Shown: one piece after another, positions 10,316 through 20,653 of the stretch
Numbering within the stretch: position 1 is the first letter of the stretch
How the letters are laid out: the number at the start of each line of letters is the position of its first letter
Assembly (NCBI GenBank): GCA_963664395.2
Contig: OY761159.2
Coordinates: 1,856,001-1,920,000, forward strand
Direction of reading: 5' to 3'
Length of the DNA: 64,000 nt
Source of the DNA: Candidatus Binatia bacterium
GTDB taxonomy: Bacteria; Desulfobacterota; Binatia; Bin18
Translations under genes and position numbers: made by a program
The notes under the pieces: model-generated
Databases searched by the model: none
Seen by the model: the letters and a program-made list of their open reading frames with translations, nothing else
What the model was told of the DNA's origin: nothing

Positions 10316-11226
10316 CAACAGCGCCCCAGACACCAGTTGTCGCCCTGACTCAGCTCCATAAACAGTTCGATGCTACCATCGCTTTAGACGGGATTGATCT
10401 CGTCATTGATCGGCCGTGCATCTTTGGTGTGGTCGGCCCGGATGGCGCTGGCAAGACCACCCTTTTGCGTTCTCTCGTTGGACTGCTGGAATTTGAGGCC
10501 GCCCAGGCTCACATCCTGGGCTACGATGTTGTGCGTGAACCGCACCGCATCCGAGAACGTTTAGGCTATGTGCCGCAAGCGTTCGGCCTCTACCCTGAAT
10601 TAAACGTTCTGCATAACCTCAAATTCTTTGCTGATATTCACGGCATTACCGCTTCCACGTTTCAGCAGCGCTCAGAAGAGCTGCTGACTATTGCCGGTCT
10701 CGAGGACTTCCAAGCCCGCGAGACCGGCGCCCTGTCGGGCGGGATGAAACAAAAGCTGGCGGTGATCTGTGCGTTGATCCATCGCCCCCAGCTCCTGATT
10801 TTAGACGAGCCGAATAGCGGCGTGGATGTCATTGCCCGGGGTGAGGTGTGGGAGATCCTGCGCCATTTGCAGGACGTGACCATTATTATGTCCACCGGCT
10901 ATCTCGACGAGGCCGAGCGGTGCGATGAGCTGATCTATCTGTATGAGGGCCGTATCCGTACCCGTGGCACGCCGGATGCTATTCGATCGAACTACCCGTA
11001 TCAGGCATATAGTCCGGTCGGCAGAAACGTAGAGGCGGCGCTCGCCGCCCTCCAGCCTGCGGCCTGGCTCGTCCGAACGCAAACGCTGGCCGGCAGCGTC
11101 GTGCTGGAGTCAACGGCTAAGATTGCCCAGGTTCGCGCCGGGCTGCACGAGCTGGGCACGACAGAGGTTTGGGTCGAGCCGCTGGCAGGCCAAGCTGGCG
11201 CGCCTCCTGACCCTGCTGTGGCGTGA
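10312..11226 (+). CDS. ABC transporter ATP-binding protein (C-terminus probably altered)
   Basis: GPDGAGKTT, LSGGMKQK, LLILDEP. Confidence 0.9.
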   Translation: MTTAPQTPVVALTQLHKQFDATIALDGIDLVIDRPCIFGVVGPDGAGKTTLLRSLVGLLEFEAAQAHILGYDVVREPHRIRERLGYVPQAFGLYPELNVLHNLKFFADIHGITASTFQQRSEELLTIAGLEDFQARETGALSGGMKQKLAVICALIHRPQLLILDEPNSGVDVIARGEVWEILRHLQDVTIIMSTGYLDEAERCDELIYLYEGRIRTRGTPDAIRSNYPYQAYSPVGRNVEAALAALQPAAWLVRTQTLAGSVVLESTAKIAQVRAGLHELGTTEVWVEPLAGQAGAPPDPAVA

Positions 11227-12319
11227 GTCACTGGAGTTGCGCCGTGACCGTTTTACGCTGGGCGTCTTGTTTCTGATGCCAGTCATGCAACTGGTGCTGT
11301 TCTCCTACATCATTACCACCGACTTCGATCATCTGCCCCTGGGCGTCCTGGACCAGTCCCGTACCCGTCACAGTCGAGCTTTGCTGGAGGCCATTGAATC
11401 CACCGGATACTTCACCGTTTTGCCGCTGCGTGACCTGGACGAGGTGCATCACATGTTCGGCCGAGAACAGAGCCGGGCCGCTTTGGTGATCCCGCCAAAC
11501 TTCAGCGAGACCATCGTCAACGGGAAAGAGGTCCGACTGGGACTCTTGCTGGACGGCTCAGACACAACCTTAAGTACCAGCACCGAAGGGTTTCTCACCG
11601 CTATTGCGACGACCTATTACACCCAGAGTCGTCTGGAGCGCAGCCCGCCCACGGAACGCAATCTCCGACCGGTCGGGCAGGTGACGGCGACACGACGGGC
11701 GCTGTTTAACCCCAGCCTGTCCGGAACAGCCTATATGATCCCCGGCCTGCTGGGTTTGATCACCCTTTTTGTGACTGTGCTCAATACCACCCTGGCCATG
11801 GTCCGTGAGCGCGATGCCGGCACGCTCGAACAACTCCTGGTCACACTCGTGACGTCGACCGAGGTGGTGTTCGGGAAGATTCTGCCTTTTGGCGGGGTCG
11901 CCCTAGTGGCGGCGATGCTCATCGTGGTGGTGGGCTGGCTGTTCTTTGGCGTTATTCCCAAGGGGAGCCTGCTGCTGCTGTTTGCCATTGCTCTGGTGTT
12001 TATGCTGGCGACGCTCGCGTTTGGAATTTTCTGCTCTGCGTGGGCAGACAACCAGCAGCAGGCGATTTTTCTGAGCTTCTTTGTGATGTTTCCTTCAGTG
12101 ATTATCACCGGCATCCTTGTCCCAACCGAGAATTATCCACCCTTCGTCAGCTTCCTGTCCCACTGCCTGCCCGCCCGTTATTTCGCCCATGCGCTGCGGT
12201 CCATCATTCTGAAAGGCGCCGACTTTGCCGCAGTTGCCCAGGATTTGATTTTCCTCACGAGCTTTTTCCTGGTCGCGTTGTGGGCAGCGGTCAAGGTGAC
12301 AAAGCCGAAGTTGGGGTGA
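11123..12319 (+). CDS. ABC-2 type permease (YbhR/YbhS-like); native start apparently lost
   Basis: LLWRESLELRRDR, FNPSL, VRERDAGTLEQLLVT, multiple TM segments; 104-nt overlap with the ATPase gene. Confidence 0.8.
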   Translation: MPRFAPGCTSWARQRFGSSRWQAKLARLLTLLWRESLELRRDRFTLGVLFLMPVMQLVLFSYIITTDFDHLPLGVLDQSRTRHSRALLEAIESTGYFTVLPLRDLDEVHHMFGREQSRAALVIPPNFSETIVNGKEVRLGLLLDGSDTTLSTSTEGFLTAIATTYYTQSRLERSPPTERNLRPVGQVTATRRALFNPSLSGTAYMIPGLLGLITLFVTVLNTTLAMVRERDAGTLEQLLVTLVTSTEVVFGKILPFGGVALVAAMLIVVVGWLFFGVIPKGSLLLLFAIALVFMLATLAFGIFCSAWADNQQQAIFLSFFVMFPSVIITGILVPTENYPPFVSFLSHCLPARYFAHALRSIILKGADFAAVAQDLIFLTSFFLVALWAAVKVTKPKLG

Positions 12320-12455
12320 CAGGGTGCCTGCTTGGGCAGTCACGAAAAGAATAGTGTACCATTGCTGCGAAAATAGAAATCCATTTGGCGAGTTCTACTT
12401 ATCCTGAACGAACGCGATTGTCCCTCGTCGTCTCATTCCGATCACAGGAGAAAAT

Positions 12456-13262
12456 ATGAGCAAAGAGCTAGATATAAAGGCATATAGAGAAGCAAAGAGA
12501 TTCCTTCTTCGCAATACTCCTAAGGAGGTTACGCGCGAAGTTGTAGAGTCTTATCTTGATCCCGATTCTGCCATTAAGGTCTCTACGGTCAACGATCTTT
12601 ACTACCGAATTTTAGTTTCAGCGCAGAATGCTAATAGGAAGCCGAAAGTAATTGGGGAGTCCATTGGTGGTGTGGAAAAACTGGCATCCGTACTCTTTGG
12701 TTTTTGTCCCTCAGAAGTATTAGCAAAATACGAAGGGAATCCAGAAGGCATTCTGGAGACGATAATTGAAAAGCTCAGGCCAAATGGAGAGATAGGACGA
12801 ACACCAAGAAGCATTTGGCCCCAATATTGTCAAACCATTCTTTCAGCGGCCGAGTTTTTCTCACAGTTTGAAAGTTCCAAAGACTTTTTTGATTGGGCCA
12901 AACATTTTCCTAGTGACAAAAGATCATTCACGGCATTGCCCTTGGTGTTGGCGGCCGAGATTTATGGGATAGGGTTCCCCCTTGCGTGTGACTTCCTGAA
13001 AGAGCTTGGATTTGACTTTGGCAAACCTGACGTACATATCGTTTATCAATTCAAAGCGTTAGGATTAGTTAAAAAAAATCCATCGGAATACCTGGTACTC
13101 AAGGCTATAAAGAGAGTTGCCGAGCACGTAGGGGTCTGCGCATACAATGTGGATAAGGTATTCTGGCTTATAGGGAGTGGGAATTTCTATAATCATAAAT
13201 CTATTGGTACTATAGGCAGTATGAAGAAAGATTTTATCAAACAGTGGAAAACTATGGCATAG
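12456..13262 (+). CDS. Low-GC hypothetical protein with HhH-GPD DNA glycosylase-like motif
   Basis: IYGIGFPLACDFLKELG..GKPDVHI, VDKVFW; visibly AT-richer than the flanks; AGGAG RBS. Confidence 0.7.
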   Translation: MSKELDIKAYREAKRFLLRNTPKEVTREVVESYLDPDSAIKVSTVNDLYYRILVSAQNANRKPKVIGESIGGVEKLASVLFGFCPSEVLAKYEGNPEGILETIIEKLRPNGEIGRTPRSIWPQYCQTILSAAEFFSQFESSKDFFDWAKHFPSDKRSFTALPLVLAAEIYGIGFPLACDFLKELGFDFGKPDVHIVYQFKALGLVKKNPSEYLVLKAIKRVAEHVGVCAYNVDKVFWLIGSGNFYNHKSIGTIGSMKKDFIKQWKTMA

Positions 13263-13271
13263 AGGAATCAC

Positions 13272-14768
13272 ATGTCGTTCAAGCTGGAAGAAACCACCAT
13301 CTCAAAAATTCACACCGCCCTACGCGCCGGTGAAACAAGCTGTGTCGATCTTGTAAACGGCTATCTTGCCCGAATTGAGGCATACGACCGGAGCGGCCCG
13401 ACGATTAATTCTATCGTAACCGTGAATCCGCACGCTCGGGACGAAGCCGCCCGGCTTGATGCTCAGCTCGCAACGTCCGGCCAGTTGTCAGGCCCGTTGC
13501 ACGGCATTCCCGTTGTCGTGAAGGATCAGGCGGAAACGGCCGGGATTATGACCTGCTTTGGCTCGATAGCCTTGGACGGTTATATTCCTACCAAAGACGC
13601 TACCGCTATAGCCAAGCTCCATGCAGCCGGCGCAATCATTCTGGCCAAGACGGCTATGCCGGACTTTGCCACCTCCTGGTTCGGATACTCGTCCAAGTCC
13701 GGCACAACCAGGAACCCGTATGATCTGGCCCACGATCCGGGCGGCTCAAGCGGCGGCACCGGTGCGGCGGTTGCGGCTAATCTGGGTGCTATTGGGTTGG
13801 GTGAGGACACCGGCGGCTCGATCCGTTTGCCGTCTTCGTTCGATAATCTGGTCGGCCTCAAGGTCACACCCGGCCTCATCAGTCGGGCGGGTATGTCGCC
13901 ACTTGTAGTCTTCCAGGACTCTGCCGGCCCCATGTGTCGTACAGTCACGGATACGGCAAAAATGCTTGAGGTATTGGTTGGATTTGATCCAGCCGACCCA
14001 TACACGGCGACGGCTGTTATTGCAGGCGCAGTCAAATATTCGGAACGGCTCGACAAGGCCGCCCTCTCGGGTGCCCGGATCGGTGTGGTCCGCCAGGTAT
14101 TTGGGGATGCTTCCGACCCGCAGGCCGCCGAGGTCAATGCGATCATCGAAGCGGCACTGGCAGCGATGGTCACCGCCGGCGCAACTCCGGTTGATATAGC
14201 GATCCCCGATCTACAGCACTATATCGAATTATCTTCGATGTACGTCACGCATTCGCGCCACGATATCGACGGCTTTTTGGCAGCCCGCCCTCAACTGCCG
14301 CTGAAAACGCTGAAAGACATCGTCGATGCTAAAAAATACCATCCCAAATGTGACCTCATTGATGCCCTGGTCGAAGGCCCCGAAGACCCCTACTCCGACC
14401 CTGAGTACTATCAGCGCTATACCGCCCGCGAACAGTTCCAGCGGGTCGTGATCAATGAGATGGCAAAGGTAGGGGCAACAGCGCTCGCCTTTCCAACCAC
14501 ACAAGTACCCTCACCGTCGAGGGCGGAGCTTGATGCGGGTAAATGGCCCCTGCTGGATTTTCCGACCAACACGCTCATCGCAGCCCAGACCTGGATGCCG
14601 GCCGTGAGCGTACCGGCGGGCTTTACCCCCGGCGGTCTACCCGTGGGTTTGGAGATCGTCGGCCTGCCGTATCGTGAAGCCGAGCTCCTTTCGTTAGCCT
14701 ACGCGTATGAACAGCTCAGCCGGCATCGCACACCATCCGCCCACGTTCCCGAGTTGACGGGGGAGTAG
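13272..14768 (+). CDS. Amidase signature family protein
   Basis: LHGIPVVVKD, PGGSSGG, DTGGSIRLP. Confidence 0.95.
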   Translation: MSFKLEETTISKIHTALRAGETSCVDLVNGYLARIEAYDRSGPTINSIVTVNPHARDEAARLDAQLATSGQLSGPLHGIPVVVKDQAETAGIMTCFGSIALDGYIPTKDATAIAKLHAAGAIILAKTAMPDFATSWFGYSSKSGTTRNPYDLAHDPGGSSGGTGAAVAANLGAIGLGEDTGGSIRLPSSFDNLVGLKVTPGLISRAGMSPLVVFQDSAGPMCRTVTDTAKMLEVLVGFDPADPYTATAVIAGAVKYSERLDKAALSGARIGVVRQVFGDASDPQAAEVNAIIEAALAAMVTAGATPVDIAIPDLQHYIELSSMYVTHSRHDIDGFLAARPQLPLKTLKDIVDAKKYHPKCDLIDALVEGPEDPYSDPEYYQRYTAREQFQRVVINEMAKVGATALAFPTTQVPSPSRAELDAGKWPLLDFPTNTLIAAQTWMPAVSVPAGFTPGGLPVGLEIVGLPYREAELLSLAYAYEQLSRHRTPSAHVPELTGE

Positions 14769-14771
14769 GGT

Positions 14772-16061
14772 CTACACCCGCTCCGTGTCAAAGAAGCGCA
14801 GCAATATCCGGCTCAGATGAAACGCGTCGGCGGTCCCCGCAACTTCCCGAATGGAATGCATCGCCCACTGTGGGACGCCGACATCTATGGTTCGCACCCC
14901 AATCTCGGCCGCGGTCAGTGGCCCGATAGTGCTGCCGCAGGCCATGTCGCTCCGCACGACAAAGGCCTGGACCGGTACGTCCGTGTCCGCGGCCAATTTG
15001 TGCAGGATAGCGCTGGTTTCGCTGTTGCTCGCATAGCGTTGGTTGGCATTGAGTTTAATGACCACGCCGTGATTCAGGCGGGGGCCGTGGTTGTCGTCGT
15101 GCCGGTCGGAAAAGTTCGGATGCACGCCGTGGGCATTATCGGTCGAGATCAGCATGGAGCGGGCCAGGGCGCGTCCGCGCTCTTCCGCGTCCGGCATGAC
15201 GCGTTCCAACATATGTTTCAGCATGGGCCCACACGCACCGGACGCCGACGTACTGCCGACCTCTTCGTGATCGTTGCACACCAGCAGCGCGCCGTGTTCG
15301 CTAGCGCTCGTCGTGAGGGCCTGGAGGCCGACAAAACAGCTCAACAGGTTGTCCAGGCGGGCCGAGGTGATGAATTCGTTTGCCAGGCCGACAAGCTGCG
15401 GCGGCTGGGTGTCATAGAAAAACAGTTCATAGTCCAGTACCTGACGGACATCCGTGACGCCGTTTGCTTCGAGCCGTTTCTGCAGGAGAGCTTTGAAATC
15501 CAGCTTGTCATCAGCTTGGCCGACGATGGGCGGCAGATAGGTCTGGGCGTTGATTGAACGGCTCTTATTCGCCTCGCGGTCGAGATGAATGGCCAGACTG
15601 GGAATAACGGCCAGCGCTTGGGCGAAATCGAGCAGCGCGTGGGCCACCTCGTTCTGCTGACTCAGATAACTGACCCGCCCGGCCAGTGATAAATCACGAT
15701 CAAACCAGGGATTGAGCAACGCGCCGCCATAGACCTCGACCCCGAGTTGCAGATAGCCGTGGCGATGTAATTCGGGCTGGGGCTTGACCTTCAGGCCCGG
15801 CGAATCCGTATGGGCGCCGACCAGGCGAAAGCCACTCTCGGCCAGGGGGCAGCGCGTCGGCATCCTCCAGGCAATAAGGGCCGAGTCATTGCGGCTGAGC
15901 CAATAGCGACCGCCTGGGACGAGCTGCCATGCCTCGGCCTCGTCCAGGCGCTCAAAGCCCGCGTCCGACAGCCGCGCGGCCATCTGGGCGACCGCGTGGA
16001 ACGGAGTTGGTGATGATGCTAAGAATTCGATCAGGGCTTGGTTGAACTGGTCTTGATCCAT
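14772..16061 (-). CDS. apeB: M18 family aminopeptidase
   Basis: SPTPFHAV, GAHTDSP, RLDNL, DHEEVGS, DNAHGVHPN, AMHSIRE. Confidence 0.93.
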   Translation of the reverse strand: MDQDQFNQALIEFLASSPTPFHAVAQMAARLSDAGFERLDEAEAWQLVPGGRYWLSRNDSALIAWRMPTRCPLAESGFRLVGAHTDSPGLKVKPQPELHRHGYLQLGVEVYGGALLNPWFDRDLSLAGRVSYLSQQNEVAHALLDFAQALAVIPSLAIHLDREANKSRSINAQTYLPPIVGQADDKLDFKALLQKRLEANGVTDVRQVLDYELFFYDTQPPQLVGLANEFITSARLDNLLSCFVGLQALTTSASEHGALLVCNDHEEVGSTSASGACGPMLKHMLERVMPDAEERGRALARSMLISTDNAHGVHPNFSDRHDDNHGPRLNHGVVIKLNANQRYASNSETSAILHKLAADTDVPVQAFVVRSDMACGSTIGPLTAAEIGVRTIDVGVPQWAMHSIREVAGTADAFHLSRILLRFFDTERV

Positions 16062-16182
16062 TACTCCCTCCGCTCGTCACCGGGTGTGTATATATGGACG
16101 ATTCTCCAATACCATGAAGCGCCCAATGCGAGCCACGGCTATGAACGGCTATGAAAAGAAAACTGGGCGCGGGGAGGCTGAT

Positions 16183-16382
16183 ATGCACGGCATAACACTG
16201 GCATTGATCGCGTGGGCGTTTTACTTCCGTGCCTGACGCCGTCCTGGGCCTATGCCCATAGGGGCTTCGGACCGGCAGAATTGGGCCTGCCGCTCGGGGC
16301 GACGGTGGGGCTCGGCGTGGTGTGCTATTGGGTCGTGATGCTCTGGCCCGCGTCGAAGAAGAAGGACTCCTCGGAACGGTAG
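16183..16382 (+). pseudogene. Small membrane protein with apparent 1-nt frameshift
   Basis: GGAGG RBS then MHGITLALIA; another frame continues VGVLLPCLTPSWAYAHRGFGPAELGLPLGATVGLGVVCYWVVMLWPASKKKDSSER*; span is 200 nt. Confidence 0.5.
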
Positions 16383-16406
16383 GGGCGACGCATGCATCGC
16401 CCCTAC
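16379..16406. repeat. GTAG-type REP-like palindrome / bidirectional terminator
   Basis: GTAGGGGCGA-CGCATGCA-TCGCCCCTAC between convergent genes. Confidence 0.8.
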
Positions 16407-16408
16407 TC

Positions 16409-18499
16409 CTAATGAAACGTGCCGCCCTCTTCGGCCAGTTTCCTGAGCAGCGGCGCCGGCTGCCAGGATGAGGGATCATGCTCGGCAAAGGCGCAGACGC
16501 GCTCATATACCGCTTTGAGGCCAACGCTGTCGGCGTAAAACATGGGACCGCCAAGATAGGCCGGGAAGCCATAGCCATAGACGTAGATGACATCAATATC
16601 GCTGGCGCGCTGGGCAATGCCTTCTTCCAGAATCTTGGCTCCCTCGTTCACCAGGGCGTACATCAACCGCTCGACGATTTCCTCACGGCTGATGGAACGC
16701 CGGGTAATTCCCTTTTCTTTGGAGGAGTTGACAATCAACTCCTCAATGGCCGGGTCGGGCCGGGGGGTACGATCACCGGGTGCGTAGGTGTAATACCCAG
16801 CGCCGGTCTTTTGGCCGTAGCGTCCTTGCTCACAGATACGGTCGGGAATCGCGCAGTAGCGCTCGCCTGCGGGCAGGCTGTCCGGCAGCCCTTTCCCCTG
16901 TCGAATGCGCCAGCCCACGTCGAGACCGGCCAGGTCGCCCATGGCGAAGGGCCCCATGGCCAGACCCAAGTCGTAGACCGCGCCATCCACATCTTGGGGT
17001 AAGCTGCCCTCTTCCAGCAGGTATTGGGCTTGCGCGCTGTATTTGTGCAGCATGCGGTTGCCGACAAAACCGTCGCACACTCCAACCACCACGCCGATTT
17101 TTTGAATGGCCTTGCCGACCGCCTGGGTCGTGGCCAGGGTATCAAAGCTCGTCTCGGCGCCGCGGACGATTTCGAGCAGACGCATGACATTGGCCGGGCT
17201 GAAGAAATGCGTACCGATGACTTTGTCCGGGCGCGTGGTCACCGAAGCAATTTCATCCACGTTGAGCGTGGACGTATTGGTCGCCAGGATACACTCGGGC
17301 TTGGTGACCGTATCCAATCGAGCGAAGACTTGCTTTTTGATCTCCATGTTCTCGAACACGGCTTCCACAACCAGATCAACCTCGCCGAGCGCTGCGTGGT
17401 CCAAGGTTGGCGTGATGAGACCCATGCGCTCTTCAACCTGTTCCGGCGTGAAGCGGCCTCTCTTGGCGCTGCGTTCATAGTTGGCCCGTACTACTGCCAG
17501 GCCCTTGTCCAGAAATTCCTGGCCGGTTTCGAGGATGGTGACCGGGATACCAACATTGACGAAATTCATGGCAATGCCGCCACCCATCGTGCCGGCACCA
17601 ACGATCCCAACTTTTTGAATGGCGCGGGTCGGGGTGCCTTTCAGCATGTCGCCGACTTTCGCTGCGGCCCGCTCGGCAAAGAAAATATGGCGTTGGGCAG
17701 CCGACTGCTGACTGGTCAGGACCTGGCGGAAGAGTTCTTGCTCTTTGGCCAAGCCGGCATCAAACGGCAGGGTGCAGGCCGCTTCGATACAATCGATGCA
17801 ACGCTGGGGTGCCTCAAAGCCACGCCGCGTCTTGCTGGCCTGTTTGCGGGCGGCGTCAAAGATGGCCAGGTCAACGCCGGTCACCTTGTCGCTCAGGTCT
17901 CGCACTTTTTTGAGTACGGCCCCGTCCGCGACGAGCTGACGGGCAAAGGCTTTTGCGCCGTCGAGCAGACTACCCTCGCTCACGATCTCGTCAATCACTC
18001 CCAGGCGATGCGCCTGGCCGGCCTGCAGCGGTGTACCCGAGGTGATGACCTCAAGGGCGGCCTCGGGACCGATCAGCCGCGGCAGGCGCTGGGTTCCGCC
18101 GCCACCCGGTAACAATCCGAGGCTGACCTCAGGCAGCCCCACCCGCGCGGACGGCACGGCCACACGGTAATGGCAGCACAGCGCGGTTTCGAGGCCACCG
18201 CCCAAGGCGGTGCCATGAATGGCCGCCACAACCGGCTTGGAGAGGCTCTCAATGATCTCCATGGTGTCGAGAAAATTCGGCGGCTGGAGCGGTTTGCCGA
18301 ATTCGGTAATGTCCGCACCGGCGATAAAGGTCCGACCGGCGCAGATGAGAACCGTCGCGATGGTGGCGTCTTTGTCGGCTTGGGTAAAGCTCTCCGACAG
18401 GCCCTGGCGCACATGCTGGCTCAGCGCGTTCACGGGCGGATTGTTGACGGTGATGATGCCGATGTCGTCCTCTTTAGTATAGCTAACCGAATGACTCAT
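16409..18499 (-). CDS. Bifunctional enoyl-CoA hydratase / 3-hydroxyacyl-CoA dehydrogenase
   Basis: [47 protein letters not shown]. Confidence 0.95.
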   Translation of the reverse strand: MSHSVSYTKEDDIGIITVNNPPVNALSQHVRQGLSESFTQADKDATIATVLICAGRTFIAGADITEFGKPLQPPNFLDTMEIIESLSKPVVAAIHGTALGGGLETALCCHYRVAVPSARVGLPEVSLGLLPGGGGTQRLPRLIGPEAALEVITSGTPLQAGQAHRLGVIDEIVSEGSLLDGAKAFARQLVADGAVLKKVRDLSDKVTGVDLAIFDAARKQASKTRRGFEAPQRCIDCIEAACTLPFDAGLAKEQELFRQVLTSQQSAAQRHIFFAERAAAKVGDMLKGTPTRAIQKVGIVGAGTMGGGIAMNFVNVGIPVTILETGQEFLDKGLAVVRANYERSAKRGRFTPEQVEERMGLITPTLDHAALGEVDLVVEAVFENMEIKKQVFARLDTVTKPECILATNTSTLNVDEIASVTTRPDKVIGTHFFSPANVMRLLEIVRGAETSFDTLATTQAVGKAIQKIGVVVGVCDGFVGNRMLHKYSAQAQYLLEEGSLPQDVDGAVYDLGLAMGPFAMGDLAGLDVGWRIRQGKGLPDSLPAGERYCAIPDRICEQGRYGQKTGAGYYTYAPGDRTPRPDPAIEELIVNSSKEKGITRRSISREEIVERLMYALVNEGAKILEEGIAQRASDIDVIYVYGYGFPAYLGGPMFYADSVGLKAVYERVCAFAEHDPSSWQPAPLLRKLAEEGGTFH

Positions 18500-18580
18500 A
18501 GTGCCACCTTCCTTCACTCTTGCTTCTCTCTTCCTCTGGGTTTGATGTCGAGTTCTTCCGCGCTGGCCAGCCTGCGACTC

Positions 18581-20653
18581 CTACAGCTCGCGACCACATT
18601 GCTCACCGTCAAAAATGGCCGCCGTTACATCTCGCGGGGCGGCCACATCACCGATTCTGACGACTTCCGGGAAGGCGTCTTTGGCCGCGACATAGAGTTC
18701 GTCGTTGGGTACGCGAAGAATCGACATCACCACGCTATCGATCCGCTCTCGGGTTTCCAGCACTTCCGGCCCGGCCCAGATATCATACACGTCGACTTCG
18801 CCAGGACGGATCGCTTCGACAAAATATTGCTGGGTAATCCGTACGCCCAGCTTCTTCAGCCTGGGGAAGATATACATGATATCCAGGTTGCGAAAGAGGC
18901 GTTCGCCGGCAAACATGCGCGGGCTGAGGATCTCGACCTCCACCCCTGCTTTGGCCAGAACCTGGGCCAGGGCAAAAGGTAAATGGCTACCTGTTTCATC
19001 CAGGATGAGCACGCGTGAGCCGAGCGCCTGGGCGTCTTCGAGGGCCTGCTTGGTCGCGGTGCCGACATCAAGCACGTGGGATAAATCAGTGCCGGGAATC
19101 TCTTCGCGTTCGGGACGATAGAGACTCAGGCCGGTGCGTTCGTAAGCGGCACCGGTTGCAACAACAACGCTGGAGGCCTCGATATTCCGGAGTGATTGCC
19201 GGGTGACCTCAATGCCGCAGCGGACATCGACCCCCGCATTTTCGACCTCTCGCTCCAGGTTGTCGATCGCAATCGACCAGTCTGTCATTCCTGGCAGTTG
19301 TTCCAGCACACGCAAATGGCCGCCTAGCTTGTCGGCGCGTTCAAGCAAGGTGACCGCGTGACCGCGCCTGGCAGCCACCGCGGCGGCCTTCATACCGGCG
19401 GGCCCGCCACCGATGACCACAATATGCTTTTGATCTGCCTCCGGGACTCTCTTCAGTGAACCCTCTCCCCAGTAGGCTTCTCTGCCGCTGACCGGATTCA
19501 GGGTGCAGACGAGTTCACGGTGTTCAAACAGACGCGCCCCGCATTCATTACACCGGTTGCAGCGGATGATTTCGTGTTCGCGGCCTTCACGCGTCTTTTT
19601 CACCGTAAAGGGATCGGTCAGGAGCTGTCTGGCCAGTGCGACCATGTCTGCCGCGTCGCTTGCCAGGATGGCTTCCGCCGTGTGGAGATCACGGATCTTG
19701 CCCACCACAAAGACCTTGCCTCGGCCGCCCACGATTTCCTTGGCGCGTTTGCTGAACGGCGCCAGCCAGCCGTCTGGCTCCTCCCCTTCCATACTGGGTA
19801 GCGCCAGATGGAGGGTGTGGTAGCCGCCGGCCGAGATGTCGAAGAAGTCAAACAAGCCGGTCGCCGCCAGCACCTCGACCTGTTCTTCTGCCTGCTCCGG
19901 GGTAATCCCACCTTCGGGGCCAAGGAATTCATCCCACGACAGCCGCACCCCCACCACAAAGTCAGCCCCGACCCGCTTCCGTACTTGCTCGGCACATTCG
20001 ATGAGCAGTTGACAGCGCTTGGCCGGTGTCCCGCCGTAGGCGTCGTCGCGTTTATTGTAGGTCGGGCTCATAAACTGGCCCAGGCCGTAACTATGCGCCC
20101 CGTGCAACTCGACCCCATCCAGCCCGGCGCGCTTGACGTTTGCCGCCGACTGGCCGAAGTCGCGGGTTAATTCCGCGATCTCGTCGGTCCCCATCACCAG
20201 GGGAATTTCGTTGTGGACGACCGAGGGGATACGCGACGCGCCCCAGATGGGTTTGTTGCGGTCTATGAACATCCGGCCGCGGTCGTGGACGCCCATGGAG
20301 GCGAGCTGGACAAAGATGCTGGTGTCATACTGATGCACGGCGTCGGCCAGCTTGCTCATGGATGGAATACAACCCTCGTTCCAGACATCAACGATATGGA
20401 AAAACGAGCCCAGCGCGCTCCGGGCGGCCGCAACGGTTTCGGTAATGCACAGCGCCACGCCGCCTTTGGCGCGCTCGCGAAAATACGCGATCTGTCGGTC
20501 AGAGAAAACATGGTCGCGCGGGTCGCCGTGCTGCGAGCTATGGGCGGGTTGCAGAATGCGATTCCGCAGGGTGAGATTGCCGAGTTGCAGCGGCTCCCAC
20601 ACGCGTGACAGCTCGCTACTTTTTGCTCCACTCGGTTGTGCCGACGTGCTCAT
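18581..20653 (-). CDS. Old-yellow-enzyme family NADH:flavin oxidoreductase with Fe-S and FAD domains (TMADH/DgcA-like)
   Basis: LRNRI, ELHGAHSY, NKRDDAYGG, CNRCNEC-x11-C, GGGPAGM. Confidence 0.9.
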   Translation of the reverse strand: MSTSAQPSGAKSSELSRVWEPLQLGNLTLRNRILQPAHSSQHGDPRDHVFSDRQIAYFRERAKGGVALCITETVAAARSALGSFFHIVDVWNEGCIPSMSKLADAVHQYDTSIFVQLASMGVHDRGRMFIDRNKPIWGASRIPSVVHNEIPLVMGTDEIAELTRDFGQSAANVKRAGLDGVELHGAHSYGLGQFMSPTYNKRDDAYGGTPAKRCQLLIECAEQVRKRVGADFVVGVRLSWDEFLGPEGGITPEQAEEQVEVLAATGLFDFFDISAGGYHTLHLALPSMEGEEPDGWLAPFSKRAKEIVGGRGKVFVVGKIRDLHTAEAILASDAADMVALARQLLTDPFTVKKTREGREHEIIRCNRCNECGARLFEHRELVCTLNPVSGREAYWGEGSLKRVPEADQKHIVVIGGGPAGMKAAAVAARRGHAVTLLERADKLGGHLRVLEQLPGMTDWSIAIDNLEREVENAGVDVRCGIEVTRQSLRNIEASSVVVATGAAYERTGLSLYRPEREEIPGTDLSHVLDVGTATKQALEDAQALGSRVLILDETGSHLPFALAQVLAKAGVEVEILSPRMFAGERLFRNLDIMYIFPRLKKLGVRITQQYFVEAIRPGEVDVYDIWAGPEVLETRERIDSVVMSILRVPNDELYVAAKDAFPEVVRIGDVAAPRDVTAAIFDGEQCGREL

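Noticed and set aside
17024-18112. Long antisense ORFs (362 aa here; also 34163-35218, 50752-51783, 57692-58714 and others)
   Set aside because: Shadows of well-supported genes on the opposite strand in GC-rich DNA, with no motifs
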